Shown: positions 39,215 to 49,683 of the stretch, piece after piece | Layout: each line of letters opens with the position of its first letter | Position numbering within the stretch: position 1 is the first letter of the stretch | Assembly: GCA_018242215.1 (NCBI GenBank) | Contig: JAFECG010000019.1 | Location: 547,994-611,993 of the forward strand | DNA: 64,000 bases | Direction of reading: 5' to 3' | Source of the DNA: Pseudomonadota bacterium | GTDB lineage: Bacteria; Pseudomonadota; Alphaproteobacteria; Rhizobiales; Hyphomicrobiaceae | The notes under the pieces: model-generated | The model's input: only the letters and a program-made list of their open reading frames with translations | Database searches by the model: none | Told to the model about the DNA's origin: nothing | Made by a program: the position numbers and the translations under genes

Positions 39215-39586
39215 TTATTCGTACACCGCATAGAATTTCCTTGCGGGCTCGACGATTTCCCAAGTTCCGGTGAAGCCAGCAGGGGTCAGGAAGGCGTCGC
39301 CCGCGCGGAACGTTGCTTCCGAGCCGTCGTCACCACGGACAATGATGATCCCTTCCAGGATGTGGCAAAACTCCGTCTCGGTGAACACGACACGCCAGGT
39401 TCCGGGATCCCCACTCCAGATGCCGGCATTGAAGTGACCATCGGGGCTCTGGAACAAATTTTGTGAGCACTGCACGGGATCGCCCGCGACGACGCGGCCC
39501 TCGGCAGGGCGATAGACGTCTCCCGGCGGAAGGACGCCTTGAAAGAGCACGAGTTTCGGAAACTCTGCGGTATCAGCCACGAGCAA
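39215..39586 (-). CDS. Cupin domain protein (DUF861-like)
   Basis: The product reads FNAGIWSGDPGTWRVVFTETEFCHILEGIIIVRGDDGSEATFRAGDAFLTPAGFTGTWEI. Confidence 0.7.
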   Translation of the reverse strand: MLVADTAEFPKLVLFQGVLPPGDVYRPAEGRVVAGDPVQCSQNLFQSPDGHFNAGIWSGDPGTWRVVFTETEFCHILEGIIIVRGDDGSEATFRAGDAFLTPAGFTGTWEIVEPARKFYAVYE

Positions 39587-39643
39587 GCCCTGCGTTGCGA
39601 ACGATCCGCGATGCTACGACCGCGTCGCTTGATCGGGCAAGCG

Positions 39644-41281
39644 TCAGTCGGCAGCCATGACGAAGCAATCGACCGATTGTCGGCGCAAGGCGTTGCAGGT
39701 CTTGGTGGCACGACCGGCGTCGAAACCTGTGAAGCGCGCCCGGAAGATCTGATGGCCGTTTTTCATGGTTGGATTCGTGACCGAAGAAATGCCGGCGAGA
39801 AGCCGTCCGGCGCGGCCTTGGACATTCGTCAGGGCGCGCTGGGCGTCGTCGATCGAGCTATAGGCGCCGATCTGGACGGCATATCCGCCACTTGTCTTTT
39901 GGGGTGCCCCGCGGCGCGGTTCGAATCCCTGTCCGGTTTCTGCTACGAGTGCACGGGCCTGGGCCCCAAGTGTGGACGGCGGCAAACCACGGATGACCGG
40001 TGCGGCATGCGTCTCCGCACTGGCCAATGTCTGCTGCATTCGCGGCGGGCTCGTCTCGGCGTTCGGGGACCGCACGTTGGCAGGAGAAGCGCCGACGTTG
40101 CGATTTGAAACCGTCGTCAAAGGCATAGGAGCGTTTGGCAGACCTGCAGGAGCGAAGCTGCGCAGTTGCGGAATTTCGGTGCGACCTGCCGCGGGCGTGT
40201 CGCCGGCATCTTCCATGTCCGTCGTTTCATCGGGTGACGGGGCCTGCCTTTGAGCCTTGGCAACAATCGGAACGGCGCGGACCTTGAAGATTTGGACTGG
40301 CGTTTCATCGCTTGCAGCGGAAACGGCGGCGTTGCGGTTCTCAGGCGGGGAAGGCGGCGAAATCGGGCGCGTCGCAGCGACCTCTACGGCAGGTTTTCGT
40401 GGACTTGGGCGATGGGCGATCTTGGGCTCACCCTTGAGCCGTGCGAGGAACATCGGTTTGCGGGTTTTGACCGGGGATGCGCGCGAAACCAGCCGGGTGA
40501 GAAGAACACGCATCTCGGCGTTTCTCTCGGCCGCGGTGTCGCCGCCGAAGACGACGCCGATCAGATGGCGGTTGCCGCGGTGCCACGACGTCACGAGATT
40601 GAAGCCCGACGCCCGCGTATAGCCCGTCTTGATGCCGTCGACGCCGGCAAAGGTGTTCAGCATCGTGTTGTGGTTGCGGTACGACTTGCCGCCGTATGAA
40701 AACACCTTCGTTGAGAAGAGCGGGTAGTATTGCGGGAAGTCGTCCTGCAGGTGCAGGGCTAGAATCGCCATGTCATGCGCGGTCGTGATCTGGGCATCGT
40801 TCGGAAGGCCGGAGGCGTTCTCGTAATGCGTGCCAGTCATTCCAAATTCGCGGGCGCGGGCATTCATCAGACGCGCAAAGTTCGGTTCTGAGCCGCCGAC
40901 TTTTTCGGCAAGTGCCACAGCGATGTCATTCGCGGATTTCGTGACAATGGCTCTGATGGCGTCGGAGATGGAAATCTGATCTCCAGGGTCGAGGTCGAGC
41001 TTTGACGGTGCGGCCGCTGCCGCATGCTCTGACATCGTGAGCTTGTCCGACATCTTGAGCCGGCCGGACTGTAAAGTCTCGAACGTCAGGTAGAGCGTCA
41101 TCATCTTGGTGAGAGACGCGGGGTGGCGTGGTGCGTCACCGGCGACATTGTGGAGGATGGCACCAGTATTGGCATCGAGGATCAGCGCAGCGTGGCGGTT
41201 TACGCGAGCGTAGGCGCTCGGCAGCGCGGCTGCGAAGACGACCGCAAATGTCAACGCGTAAGCTAACGCTCGTCGCAACAC
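39644..41281 (-). CDS. D-alanyl-D-alanine carboxypeptidase (PBP5-type) with Pro-rich linker and C-terminal SPOR domain
   Basis: The SxxK motif is in HPASLTKMMT, within a peptidase S11-like body. The C-terminal part GGYAVQIGAYSSIDDAQRAL...IFRARFTGF is SPOR-like. I moved the start to GTG at complement 41279-41281, with AGAGGGA upstream, giving the signal peptide RRALAYALTFAVVFAAALPSAYA. Confidence 0.8.
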   Translation of the reverse strand: MLRRALAYALTFAVVFAAALPSAYARVNRHAALILDANTGAILHNVAGDAPRHPASLTKMMTLYLTFETLQSGRLKMSDKLTMSEHAAAAAPSKLDLDPGDQISISDAIRAIVTKSANDIAVALAEKVGGSEPNFARLMNARAREFGMTGTHYENASGLPNDAQITTAHDMAILALHLQDDFPQYYPLFSTKVFSYGGKSYRNHNTMLNTFAGVDGIKTGYTRASGFNLVTSWHRGNRHLIGVVFGGDTAAERNAEMRVLLTRLVSRASPVKTRKPMFLARLKGEPKIAHRPSPRKPAVEVAATRPISPPSPPENRNAAVSAASDETPVQIFKVRAVPIVAKAQRQAPSPDETTDMEDAGDTPAAGRTEIPQLRSFAPAGLPNAPMPLTTVSNRNVGASPANVRSPNAETSPPRMQQTLASAETHAAPVIRGLPPSTLGAQARALVAETGQGFEPRRGAPQKTSGGYAVQIGAYSSIDDAQRALTNVQGRAGRLLAGISSVTNPTMKNGHQIFRARFTGFDAGRATKTCNALRRQSVDCFVMAAD

Positions 41282-41930
41282 GACGTTGTATCCCTCTGGC
41301 CGCTCAGAAAAAGCGGCTTCGATGACCCATCCCCACGGGGCCTGACGGCTTCCGCGATCGCCCCACCCATCCATCTGACAGGGAGAGCATTGTTTTTAGG
41401 CACCTTTTGGGCGCCAAGGAGGCCTTTGGCGCTCGAAGATGCCGTCTCACTGTAGGTTCGGAGGGCTGCATTAGCGTTAAGGAACACGGTAAAATTTCCC
41501 TGTTTGGCCGTCCCGGAATTGAGCGCTAGGCTTGGCGCCGCGGCGCGCTAGGGTTTGGAGGAGAGGGGCTAAGGCGAACCTCGCCGCCGGCGGCTTCAGG
41601 CGCGCGCTGGACACGCCAGAGGGGGCTCGGCGCAACGGCAACGAGTGGTCGTTGTTCCAAAGCGCCGGAACCTTCGCGGCCGGTGCACTATTCGACACTT
41701 GGGATAGGTCCGATGTGTCGCTCAGCTCATTCTGTTTTTTTGCTCGTCAGCGTGCCTATATTACGGGCTTGATGAACACGGGTGTTTCGCTTGAACATTT
41801 ACTCGAGAAGACAGGTGCCCGTCCGCGTGAGCGATTGCGGTGCGGGCGTCACTTTTCTGCCTCCAACATCTCGCGACTGCGGGATAGTTTCAGGAGATTC
41901 GATGGATTCGGGTTTTGCCCGAGGCACGCG

Positions 41931-42323
41931 ATGAAGAAGGTGGAAATCAATTCCATACTGGGCGCTGCTCGCATGGCAGCGAACAATGATCCGCCCGATG
42001 GACCCCGCCACGACGATGGCGACGGCGAGTCCAAGACGGGTATTGTTACGAAGACCCGTCCAAAAACCAAGAAGCCGAACCTATATAAGGTTCTTCTGTT
42101 GAACGACGACTTCACTCCGATGGAATTCGTGGTTCTCGTGCTGCAGCGTTTTTTCAACAAGGGACAGGAAGATGCGACACGTATCATGCTCCATGTCCAC
42201 CACAAAGGTGTCGGGATTTGCGGCGTCTATACGTACGAGGTTGCTGAAACAAAGGTGACGCAGGTCATGGACTTTTCGCGGCAGCATGGCCACCCTCTTC
42301 AATGCACCATGGAGAAAGAGTAG
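41931..42323 (+). CDS. clpS: ATP-dependent Clp protease adaptor ClpS
   Basis: Track ORF 41532..42323. The conserved core is [58 protein letters not shown]. The start is ATG 41931 or 41973. Confidence 0.85.
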   Translation: MKKVEINSILGAARMAANNDPPDGPRHDDGDGESKTGIVTKTRPKTKKPNLYKVLLLNDDFTPMEFVVLVLQRFFNKGQEDATRIMLHVHHKGVGICGVYTYEVAETKVTQVMDFSRQHGHPLQCTMEKE

Positions 42324-42330
42324 GATTCGA

Positions 42331-44781
42331 TTGACATCGCTCTCCAAAAATCTCGAAGCCTCGCTGCACCGGGCGGTGCAGTACGCTAACGTTCGCCATC
42401 ACGAATTCGCGACGCTGGAGCATCTGCTTCTCGCGCTCGTGGATGATCGCGATGCGGCGGCGGTGATGCGCGCTTGTTCGGTCGATCTTGAGCAGCTTAG
42501 AGCGCGGCTGATCGAATACCTGGACACGGAGCTTAAGCCGATCATCTCCAAGTCGGCGCGGGATGCGCATCCGACGAACTCGTTTCAGCGGGTTGTTCAG
42601 AGGGCGATCGTGCATGTGCAGACGTCGGGGCGCGAAGAAGTAACCGGAGCGAACGTTCTCGTCGGGATTTTCTCGGAACGGGAAAGCCACGCGGCCTACT
42701 TTCTGCAGGAGCAGGAAATGACTCGTTTTGATGCCGTGCAGTATATCGCTCATGGCATCGCAAAACGGCCTGGCATGTTCGAGCCGCGTACAGTCCGTGG
42801 GGTCGATGACGACGTGAGCGCTGCCGAGAGCGAAGAGAAAAAGCCCGGCGACGCGCTCAATACCTACTGCGTCAACCTCAACAAGAAGGCCCGCGACGGC
42901 AAGATCGATCCATTGATCGGGCGCGAGCAGGAGGTGATGCGCACCGTCCAGGTGCTCTGCCGCCGACAGAAGAACAACCCATTGTTCGTCGGTGATCCAG
43001 GCGTCGGCAAAACGGCTATCGCCGAAGGCTTGGCGCGCAAGATCATCAGCGGGCAAGTGCCTGACGTTCTGAAGGGTGCCACGATTTTTGCGCTCGACAT
43101 GGGCGCTTTGCTTGCGGGTACCCGTTATCGCGGCGATTTCGAAGAGCGGCTCAAGGCCGTAATGAAAGAGGTCGAGGCGTTCCCGGGCGCGGTCCTGTTC
43201 ATCGACGAGATCCACACCGTTATCGGTGCGGGTGCGACGTCGGGCGGAGCCATGGACGCGTCGAACCTTCTGAAGCCCGCGCTTCAGTCGGGCACGCTGC
43301 GCTGCATCGGTTCGACGACCTACAAGGAATATCGCCAGCACTTCGAAAAAGACCGCGCACTCGTTCGCCGGTTCCAGAAGATCGACGTCAAGGAGCCGAC
43401 CGTCGAGGATGCGATCGAGATTCTCAAAGGCCTGAAGTCGGTCTTCGAGGACTATCATAAGGTCAAGTATACGAACGAGGCCATCAAGGCGGCGGTCGAG
43501 CTGTCGGCCAAGTACATTCACGACCGGAAGCTTCCCGATAAGGCGATCGATGTGATCGACGAGACCGGCGCTTCGCAGATGCTGCTTTCGGAGGGCAAGC
43601 GGAAGAAGAAGATCACCACTAAGGAGATCGAGGCGACGGTCGCGACGATGGCGCGCATTCCGCCGAAAACCGTCACAAAGAGCGACGCCGAGATCATCGC
43701 CCATATCGGCCGCGATCTGAAGCGGCTCGTGTTCGGTCAGGACAAGGCGATCGAGGCTCTTTCGAGCGCGATCAAGCTGGCGCGGGCCGGGCTGCGGGAG
43801 CCGGAAAAGCCGATCGGCTGCTACCTGTTCTCGGGGCCGACGGGCGTCGGCAAGACGGAAGTTGCGAAGCAGCTCGCCAACCTCATGGGCGTGGAGCTTT
43901 TGCGCTTCGACATGTCCGAATACATGGAGAAGCACACGGTTTCGCGGCTCATCGGCGCGCCTCCGGGTTACGTAGGTTTCGATCAGGGTGGTCTTCTGAC
44001 AGATGGTGTCGATCAGCACCCGCACTGCGTGCTGCTGCTCGACGAGATCGAGAAGGCGCACCCCGACCTGTTCAACATCCTGTTGCAGGTGATGGACCAC
44101 GGCAAGCTCACCGACCACAACGGCAAGTCGGTCGATTTCCGCAACGTCGTTCTCATCATGACGACGAACGCGGGCGCGTCCGACATGGCAAAGCCGCCCA
44201 TGGGCTTCAACCGGTCGAAACGCGAGGGCGAGGATACGGAAGCGGTGACGAAGCTGTTCACGCCGGAGTTCCGCAACCGCCTCGATGCCATCGTGCCATT
44301 CTCCGGCTTGTCGCCCGAGATCATCGCGCAGGTCGTCGAGAAGTTCATCTTCCAGCTCGAAGCCCAGCTTGCCGATCGCGGTGTTTCGATCGAGCTTTCG
44401 GATGAAGCAACGCGTTGGCTCGCGGAGAAGGGCTACGACGACAAGTTCGGTGCTCGGCCTTTGGGTCGCGTCATCCAGGAGTACATCAAGAAGCCGCTCG
44501 CGGAAGAGTTGCTGTTCGGCAAGCTCGAGAACGGTGGAACGGTGAAGGTCCTGGTGGCCGGCAAGGGCGAGGATCGGACTTTGGCATTCGATTTCCTACC
44601 GCTCGATCCTTCGAAGAAGATGAAGACGCCGGAAGACGAAGAGACCGACGACGACGGTCCGCAGCCGGTTCTCGCTGATGCGACGCCGAAGAAAGCGCTG
44701 CCGGGTCCGAAGGAAAAGGGTGACAAGCCGAGCGGATCAGGCGCGGTGCCCAGTGTGCCCCGTAAGAAAAAGGAAGAGTAG
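42331..44781 (+). CDS. clpA: ATP-dependent Clp protease ATP-binding subunit ClpA
   Basis: The two AAA+ modules carry GDPGVGKT and GPTGVGKT. The N-domain reads [30 protein letters not shown] moved the start to TTG 42331 to avoid overlap with clpS. Confidence 0.95.
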   Translation: MTSLSKNLEASLHRAVQYANVRHHEFATLEHLLLALVDDRDAAAVMRACSVDLEQLRARLIEYLDTELKPIISKSARDAHPTNSFQRVVQRAIVHVQTSGREEVTGANVLVGIFSERESHAAYFLQEQEMTRFDAVQYIAHGIAKRPGMFEPRTVRGVDDDVSAAESEEKKPGDALNTYCVNLNKKARDGKIDPLIGREQEVMRTVQVLCRRQKNNPLFVGDPGVGKTAIAEGLARKIISGQVPDVLKGATIFALDMGALLAGTRYRGDFEERLKAVMKEVEAFPGAVLFIDEIHTVIGAGATSGGAMDASNLLKPALQSGTLRCIGSTTYKEYRQHFEKDRALVRRFQKIDVKEPTVEDAIEILKGLKSVFEDYHKVKYTNEAIKAAVELSAKYIHDRKLPDKAIDVIDETGASQMLLSEGKRKKKITTKEIEATVATMARIPPKTVTKSDAEIIAHIGRDLKRLVFGQDKAIEALSSAIKLARAGLREPEKPIGCYLFSGPTGVGKTEVAKQLANLMGVELLRFDMSEYMEKHTVSRLIGAPPGYVGFDQGGLLTDGVDQHPHCVLLLDEIEKAHPDLFNILLQVMDHGKLTDHNGKSVDFRNVVLIMTTNAGASDMAKPPMGFNRSKREGEDTEAVTKLFTPEFRNRLDAIVPFSGLSPEIIAQVVEKFIFQLEAQLADRGVSIELSDEATRWLAEKGYDDKFGARPLGRVIQEYIKKPLAEELLFGKLENGGTVKVLVAGKGEDRTLAFDFLPLDPSKKMKTPEDEETDDDGPQPVLADATPKKALPGPKEKGDKPSGSGAVPSVPRKKKEE

Positions 44782-44786
44782 TTTCG

Positions 44787-44821
44787 ACGGCGCGGCCTAA
44801 GAACCGCGCCGTTGTTCATTT
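44787..44821 (+). terminator. Rho-independent terminator after clpA
   Basis: The stem is acggcgcgg(44787-44795), loop cctaagaa, ccgcgccgt(44804-44812), followed by tgttcattt. Confidence 0.6.
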
Positions 44822-44836
44822 GGCGATCTGAGCACG

Positions 44837-45256
44837 CTATGCGAGCGCCGCTTTGAGCTTTTCGGCGTTGGCTGCAAGCACAGCGGAGTCTTCCATTTTC
44901 CGGGCATGCAATTGCAGCGGCTGACCGTCGTAGCGCGGCATGATGTGGAAGTGCAGGTGGAATACGGTCTGGCCGCCGGCCGGTTCGTTGAATTGTGCGA
45001 TGCTGACGCCGTCGGCATTGAACGCGGCCTTTGCGGCGACGGCGACCTTCTGGACGAGCGGAATGACCTTTGCCAGAACTGCCGGGTCTGCGTCGAGAAG
45101 GTTGCGCGAGGGAGCCTTCGGAACGACCAGCGTGTGCCCAGCCGATTGAGGCATCACGTCCATGAATACGATGGCGTCGGCATCCTCGTAGACCTTGTGG
45201 CAGGGAATCTCGCCGCGCAGGATTTTCGCGAAGATATTCGAGCTATCGTACGACAT
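44837..45256 (-). CDS. HIT family (histidine triad) protein
   Basis: The histidine triad is in VFHLHFHIMPR. The product is 139 aa. Confidence 0.9.
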   Translation of the reverse strand: MSYDSSNIFAKILRGEIPCHKVYEDADAIVFMDVMPQSAGHTLVVPKAPSRNLLDADPAVLAKVIPLVQKVAVAAKAAFNADGVSIAQFNEPAGGQTVFHLHFHIMPRYDGQPLQLHARKMEDSAVLAANAEKLKAALA

Positions 45257-45282
45257 GGCGGAGTTCCCATCGCAAAAGGCAA

Positions 45283-46491
45283 TTATGCCTCGTCTTTGCG
45301 ATAGGGGCCCATTTCGGTCAAGTCGGCATTCATTTCGGCGATCGCGGCACGCTCCTGGATGAGGAATCGTTCGACGGCCCGGCGCAGTGACGGATCGGCG
45401 ATCCAGTGGGCGGAATGCGTCTCGACCGGCAAGTAGCCGCGAGCAAGTTTATGCTCGCCCTGGGCGCCCGCCTCGATGCGGGAAAGCCTGTTTGCAATGG
45501 CGTAGTCGATGGCCTGATAATAGCAGACCTCGAAGTGAAGGGCTGGGTGGTGCTCGATGGCACCCCAATAGCGGCCATAGAGGCAGTTGCCGCCGACGAG
45601 GTTCAGCGCGCCGGCGATATACCTGCCATTGCGTCGTGCCAGAATGAGCAGGCAGCTTTCCGGCATCGTTTCGCCAAGCAGCGAAAAAAAAGTTCGGTTG
45701 AGATAGGGACGGCCCCATTTGCGGTTCCCGGTGTCCATGTAGAACCCGAACATCGCGTCCCAATGGTCTTCCGTGATGGCACTCCCCGAAACCTGTTCGA
45801 TCTCGATGCCAGCCGCCAATGCGGTCTGACGCTCTTTCCTCGTGGCTTTTCGCTTGCGGGAAGCCAGACTTGCAAGAAAATCGTCGAACGATCCGTAACC
45901 CTGGTTTTGCCAATGGAACTGTTGGCCAACTCTGGTGAGAAAGCCGAGTGCCTTTAGGCGCGCTGCAACCTCGCCGTCGAGAAACGTCAGGTGGACCGAC
46001 GAGAGCCCTCCCTGTCTTGCGACTTCGATGGCTGCTGCCGCCAGAAGCTGCTCGTCGCTGCAGGCCTGCGGTCCCGGCTTCACCAACAGGCGCGGGCCGG
46101 GAACCGGCGTAAATGGAACTGCAATCTGAAGCTTTGGGTAATAGCGACCGCCGGCCTGCTCGTATGCGTCCGCCCAGCCGTGATCGAAGACATATTCGCC
46201 CTGGCTATGCGATTTAACGTAAGCGGGCGCAGCAGCGGTGATGTTGCCGCTTTCGTCGTTGATCACGAGATGACGTGGCAGCCAGCCGGTCTGGCGGCCG
46301 ACGGTGCGCGACTCTTCGAGGGCCTTCAGGAAGGCGTGACTGACGAATGGATTGAAGGCGCCGGGATCGGGATTAGCACAGGCATCCCACTGGGTGGCGT
46401 CGAGCGTTGTAATCGACGAGACGAGGTTTGCTGTGGTGTCGGGAAAGATCGGCATCTCAATCGTTGTCGCGCGAGACTCAAGTCTATGCAA
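45283..46491 (-). CDS. DUF482 / FemAB-like GNAT-fold protein (COG3146)
   Basis: The product reads PFVSHAFLKALEESRTVGRQTGWLPRHLV...SHSQGEYVFDHGWADAYEQAGGRYYPKLQIAVPFTPVPGPRLL. The family name is from memory. Confidence 0.65.
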   Translation of the reverse strand: MHRLESRATTIEMPIFPDTTANLVSSITTLDATQWDACANPDPGAFNPFVSHAFLKALEESRTVGRQTGWLPRHLVINDESGNITAAAPAYVKSHSQGEYVFDHGWADAYEQAGGRYYPKLQIAVPFTPVPGPRLLVKPGPQACSDEQLLAAAAIEVARQGGLSSVHLTFLDGEVAARLKALGFLTRVGQQFHWQNQGYGSFDDFLASLASRKRKATRKERQTALAAGIEIEQVSGSAITEDHWDAMFGFYMDTGNRKWGRPYLNRTFFSLLGETMPESCLLILARRNGRYIAGALNLVGGNCLYGRYWGAIEHHPALHFEVCYYQAIDYAIANRLSRIEAGAQGEHKLARGYLPVETHSAHWIADPSLRRAVERFLIQERAAIAEMNADLTEMGPYRKDEA

Positions 46492-46563
46492 CTTCCTGAT
46501 ATGGGATCAAAGCGATCCCAAGACAGAGCAGACCTGCAGGTTGCGCGCGATGTCGCGGGCCAA

Positions 46564-47313
46564 TCAGGGGCGAAAGCCTTCGAAGATCATGGCGTCTGAC
46601 CATTTCTCGGCGATCTGGCGCTGCTTTTCGGTGCGCACCGTCCACGCGATAACGGGAATGTTTGAGACACGGCGGACAAATTCAGTCACAGGCGTTGGCA
46701 GCGCATCGACTTCGTAGGAGAAAAAATCAGGTGCTACGGGCCCTGACTCAAGCAGATTTCGCAACGCCTCCGCGCGCGCCTTGCCGATCTTGCGTAGCCA
46801 CCAGCCGGAGCCCCGATATCCTCCGGAATCGATTCCGCGGGGAATTTCCGGTGCGAGGCGGCGGGCGACGGTCAGTACGGCGGGATCGAATGAAATGAGC
46901 GCAAGGGGTCCTTGGTACTTTCTGACAAGAGCGGCGGTGTTCGCGATGAACCGCTCGTCGGGGGGATCCCATTCGCTCTTGATTTCAACATAGAGTGGAA
47001 CGCGCCCCGCAACGAGATCGAGAAGCTCGGCAAGAGTCATGATCGGGGCGCCGCCGATACGATGCCGCAACGACTTCAGATCGCTTTCTTTCAGATCGGC
47101 GACCGCCTTCGGCGAATTGATGAGTCTCCGTAAGACTTGGTCGTGGAATACGATCGGAACGCCGCTCTTCATCGGACGGATATCGCATTCTATGCCGTAG
47201 CCTGCTGCGATCGCCGCTTCGAACGCGGGAGCCGTGTTTTCCACGATTTCACGTTTGACGTCGTGGAGGCCGCGGTGCGCGATCGGACGCAGGAATTTTG
47301 AGGGATCGAACAC
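46564..47313 (-). CDS. Glycerophosphodiester phosphodiesterase family protein
   Basis: The product reads IAHRGLHDVKREIVENTAPAFEAAIAAGYGIECDIR...VFHD. I moved the start to GTG at complement 47311-47313, directly after the RidA stop. The track ORF start at 47427 would overlap RidA. Confidence 0.8.
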   Translation of the reverse strand: MFDPSKFLRPIAHRGLHDVKREIVENTAPAFEAAIAAGYGIECDIRPMKSGVPIVFHDQVLRRLINSPKAVADLKESDLKSLRHRIGGAPIMTLAELLDLVAGRVPLYVEIKSEWDPPDERFIANTAALVRKYQGPLALISFDPAVLTVARRLAPEIPRGIDSGGYRGSGWWLRKIGKARAEALRNLLESGPVAPDFFSYEVDALPTPVTEFVRRVSNIPVIAWTVRTEKQRQIAEKWSDAMIFEGFRP

Positions 47314-47317
47314 GGCG

Positions 47318-47779
47318 TCAGCGGATCTTGAAAATGGCGTCGATCTCGACGCAGGCGTTGAGTGGTAGACTGGCGACGCCCACGGCCGATCGCGTGTGGC
47401 GGCCGGCATCTCCCAATACCGCAACAAGTAAGTCGGATGCGCCGTTGATCACTTTCGGGTGGTCGGTAAAATCGGGCGCCGACGCGACGAAGCCCGTCAA
47501 CCGCAAGACCTGGACAATGCGGCTCAGATCGCCGAGCGCAGCTTTCGCTTGCGCCAGCAAGTTGAGCGCACAATGGCGAGCCGCCTCCTGCCCCTCCTCG
47601 ATCGAGACGCCGGCGCCGAGCGTGCCGGTCAGAATCGTGCCCATGCCGTCCTTGGCGACCTGTCCGGAGACGAAGAGCTGGTCGCCCGAGAGAAGGTAGG
47701 GGACGTAATTGGCGACGGGTTGGGGTGCTTCGGGAAGTTTCAAACCCAGTTCCGCGAGCCTTTGGTCGATGGCGCTCAT
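47318..47779 (-). CDS. RidA/YjgF family protein
   Basis: The 153-aa product ends with the RidA-like C-terminus RSAVGVASLPLNACVEIDAIFKI. Confidence 0.8.
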   Translation of the reverse strand: MSAIDQRLAELGLKLPEAPQPVANYVPYLLSGDQLFVSGQVAKDGMGTILTGTLGAGVSIEEGQEAARHCALNLLAQAKAALGDLSRIVQVLRLTGFVASAPDFTDHPKVINGASDLLVAVLGDAGRHTRSAVGVASLPLNACVEIDAIFKIR

Positions 47780-47907
47780 TGCGAGATTACCCGATGTTTA
47801 GGATTGCGCTGGAGCTTGTGGCCGCGGGTACGCCTCTTTGCAATGCTTTATCTGCGGCTTCGATTGCTGTAGATAACGATATTCCGACGGGAGAGTGAGT
47901 TAGGCCG

Positions 47908-48777
47908 ATGATGACGCGTTATGGCTTCGCCGTATTGGGGCTACTCATCCTCACACCGGGGAGTGCAATTGGATCCGCGTCAGCTGCTGAGCTTGCGCCG
48001 TTTGCACCGCATCGTGCGATCTATGATCTTTCGCTCGGAGATGCAACGGCGGGCTCCGGTGTTACCGGGATCACCGGCAGAATGGTGTACGAGCTCAATG
48101 GGTCGCCGTGCGCCGGTTATACGCAGAACATGCGTTTCGTCACGGTGATGACGAACCAGGATGGCGCGGATACCGTCAGCGACCTCAGGAATTCGAGCTG
48201 GGAAGAGGCTGACGCCAAGAAGCTGACTTTCTCTTCGACACAATATCAGAACGACGAGCTGGCAGACGCGAGTCAGGGAGATGCGCTGCGAACGAAAGGC
48301 GCGACGCCGGTCGTCGGTGTCGATCTCGTGAAGCCCGCGAAGAAGCGCGTGTCTCTCCCGACGGACATCTATTTTCCGATGCAGCACGCATCGACGTTGG
48401 TCCAGGCCGCCAAGAGCGGGGTGAAGATGTTCACGGCCAATCTCTACGATGGCTCGGAGAAGGGCGAGAAATATTACCTAACGAATACGATCATCGGTAA
48501 AGCGTTTGGAACGGGGACCAATGCGTCTCCCGGTAATTTCAAAGGCGCGGATCGGCTGGCCAATGTCGAATCTTGGCCGATGACGATCAGCTATTTCGAG
48601 CCGGGCAAAGACAAGCAAGATCAGACGCCGGCCTATGAGCTGTCATTCCGCTATTTCGAGGATGGTGTCACCAGCGATCTCAAGATCGACTACGGCGAGT
48701 TCTCGATCAAAGGCGAACTCAAGGAACTGACATTCCTTGATCCGGGCAAATGCCCCGCGACAAAGGATGGACAGTAG
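47908..48777 (+). CDS. EipB-like / DUF1849 periplasmic protein
   Basis: It has a signal peptide, then HRAIYDLSLGDATAGSGVTGITGRMVYELNGSPCAGYTQNMRFV, which I recognise as DUF1849 (the cell envelope integrity EipB family). Confidence 0.65.
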   Translation: MMTRYGFAVLGLLILTPGSAIGSASAAELAPFAPHRAIYDLSLGDATAGSGVTGITGRMVYELNGSPCAGYTQNMRFVTVMTNQDGADTVSDLRNSSWEEADAKKLTFSSTQYQNDELADASQGDALRTKGATPVVGVDLVKPAKKRVSLPTDIYFPMQHASTLVQAAKSGVKMFTANLYDGSEKGEKYYLTNTIIGKAFGTGTNASPGNFKGADRLANVESWPMTISYFEPGKDKQDQTPAYELSFRYFEDGVTSDLKIDYGEFSIKGELKELTFLDPGKCPATKDGQ

Positions 48778-48810
48778 CCGCTCCTGGCGAAGGCGTTTCG
48801 GCAAGCGGGT

Positions 48811-49104
48811 CTACAACTCGCTTGGACCCGTCAAAACCCGCAGCGCGGGCGCGATCGTCGTAGGATCAACTCCGGTTTCCTGACAGAACGTCAGCAGAAG
48901 TCCTTCATCAGACAGAAGATATTCGAGTGTTGCGACCTGCAGCTCTCGAGTCGTCGCGACATCGCGAAGGTCCTGGGGTGCCGTTCCGGTAAGGGCTAAG
49001 AACCGCGAGATCTGCTTCGCATCTGCCAACAAGAAAGTCAGCACCTGCAAGGCGAGCGACTCTGCCTGGTCTTCAGATAATCGCTGCGATTTCGGTCGAA
49101 GCAT
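48811..49104 (-). CDS. DUF3572 domain protein
   Basis: The product reads AESLALQVLTFLLADAKQISRFLALTGTAPQDLR...TLEYLLSDEGLLLTFCQETGVDP. It is divergent from divK, as is usual for this family. Confidence 0.65.
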   Translation of the reverse strand: MLRPKSQRLSEDQAESLALQVLTFLLADAKQISRFLALTGTAPQDLRDVATTRELQVATLEYLLSDEGLLLTFCQETGVDPTTIAPALRVLTGPSEL

Positions 49105-49132
49105 GTATGGTTACCTAATCATCTGGCTGCCA

Positions 49133-49147
49133 TTAACTGTTGGTTAC
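49133..49147 (+). promoter_or_regulatory. CtrA-box-like half-degenerate motif TTAA-N7-TTAC upstream of divK
   Basis: The sequence is ttaactgttggttac. A direct repeat of ggttacc lies at 49109-49115 and 49142-48. This is a weak motif match only. Confidence 0.25.
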
Positions 49148-49228
49148 CGCTTTGAAGCGCAAAGTCGGCGGCTGAAGCGGAAGAGAGAATCGGTGCACAA
49201 CGGCCGCGATGGAGAGTGAGCGGTTGCT

Positions 49229-49663
49229 ATGACGTATCAAGAATCCAGAACGAACGTCGAGCGTCGTGTGCCGGAGCCTCGCCTTGCAGCGCCGTCCGTT
49301 CTGATCGTCGAAGACAATGAGCTCAACATGAAGCTCTTCAACGATCTCCTGGCCGCGAATGGGTACAAGACGATCCAGACGCGCAACGGCTTTGAGGCGC
49401 TGGAACTTGCCCGCAGGCATCGGCCCGATCTCATTCTGATGGATATCCAGTTGCCCGAAGTTTCAGGCCTCGAGGTGACGCGCTGGCTCAAGGACGATGA
49501 CGCCCTCTGTCAGATCCCGATCGTTGCCGTCACTGCCTTCGCGATGAAGGGAGACGAGGAAAGGATCCGCGCGGGAGGCTGCGAAGCCTACATTTCAAAG
49601 CCGATTTCCGTGACGTCGTTCCTTGAAACCGTTCGAAGGTTCATAGGAGCCTCGAGGACGTAG
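49229..49663 (+). CDS. divK: Single-domain response regulator DivK
   Basis: The product reads [23 protein letters not shown]...[23 protein letters not shown]...[27 protein letters not shown]. It is followed by pleD, the canonical pairing. Confidence 0.85.
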   Translation: MTYQESRTNVERRVPEPRLAAPSVLIVEDNELNMKLFNDLLAANGYKTIQTRNGFEALELARRHRPDLILMDIQLPEVSGLEVTRWLKDDDALCQIPIVAVTAFAMKGDEERIRAGGCEAYISKPISVTSFLETVRRFIGASRT

Positions 49664-49683
49664 CCCTCTCCCAGATTTGATCC

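Noticed and set aside
41375-41930. About 550 nt upstream of clpS with small repeats (gcgctagg twice at about 41524 and 41547), considered as an ncRNA or mobile remnant.
   Set aside because: I saw only short, low-complexity repeats and no extended structure. The region is most simply the divergent promoter/5' UTR region of dac and clpS.
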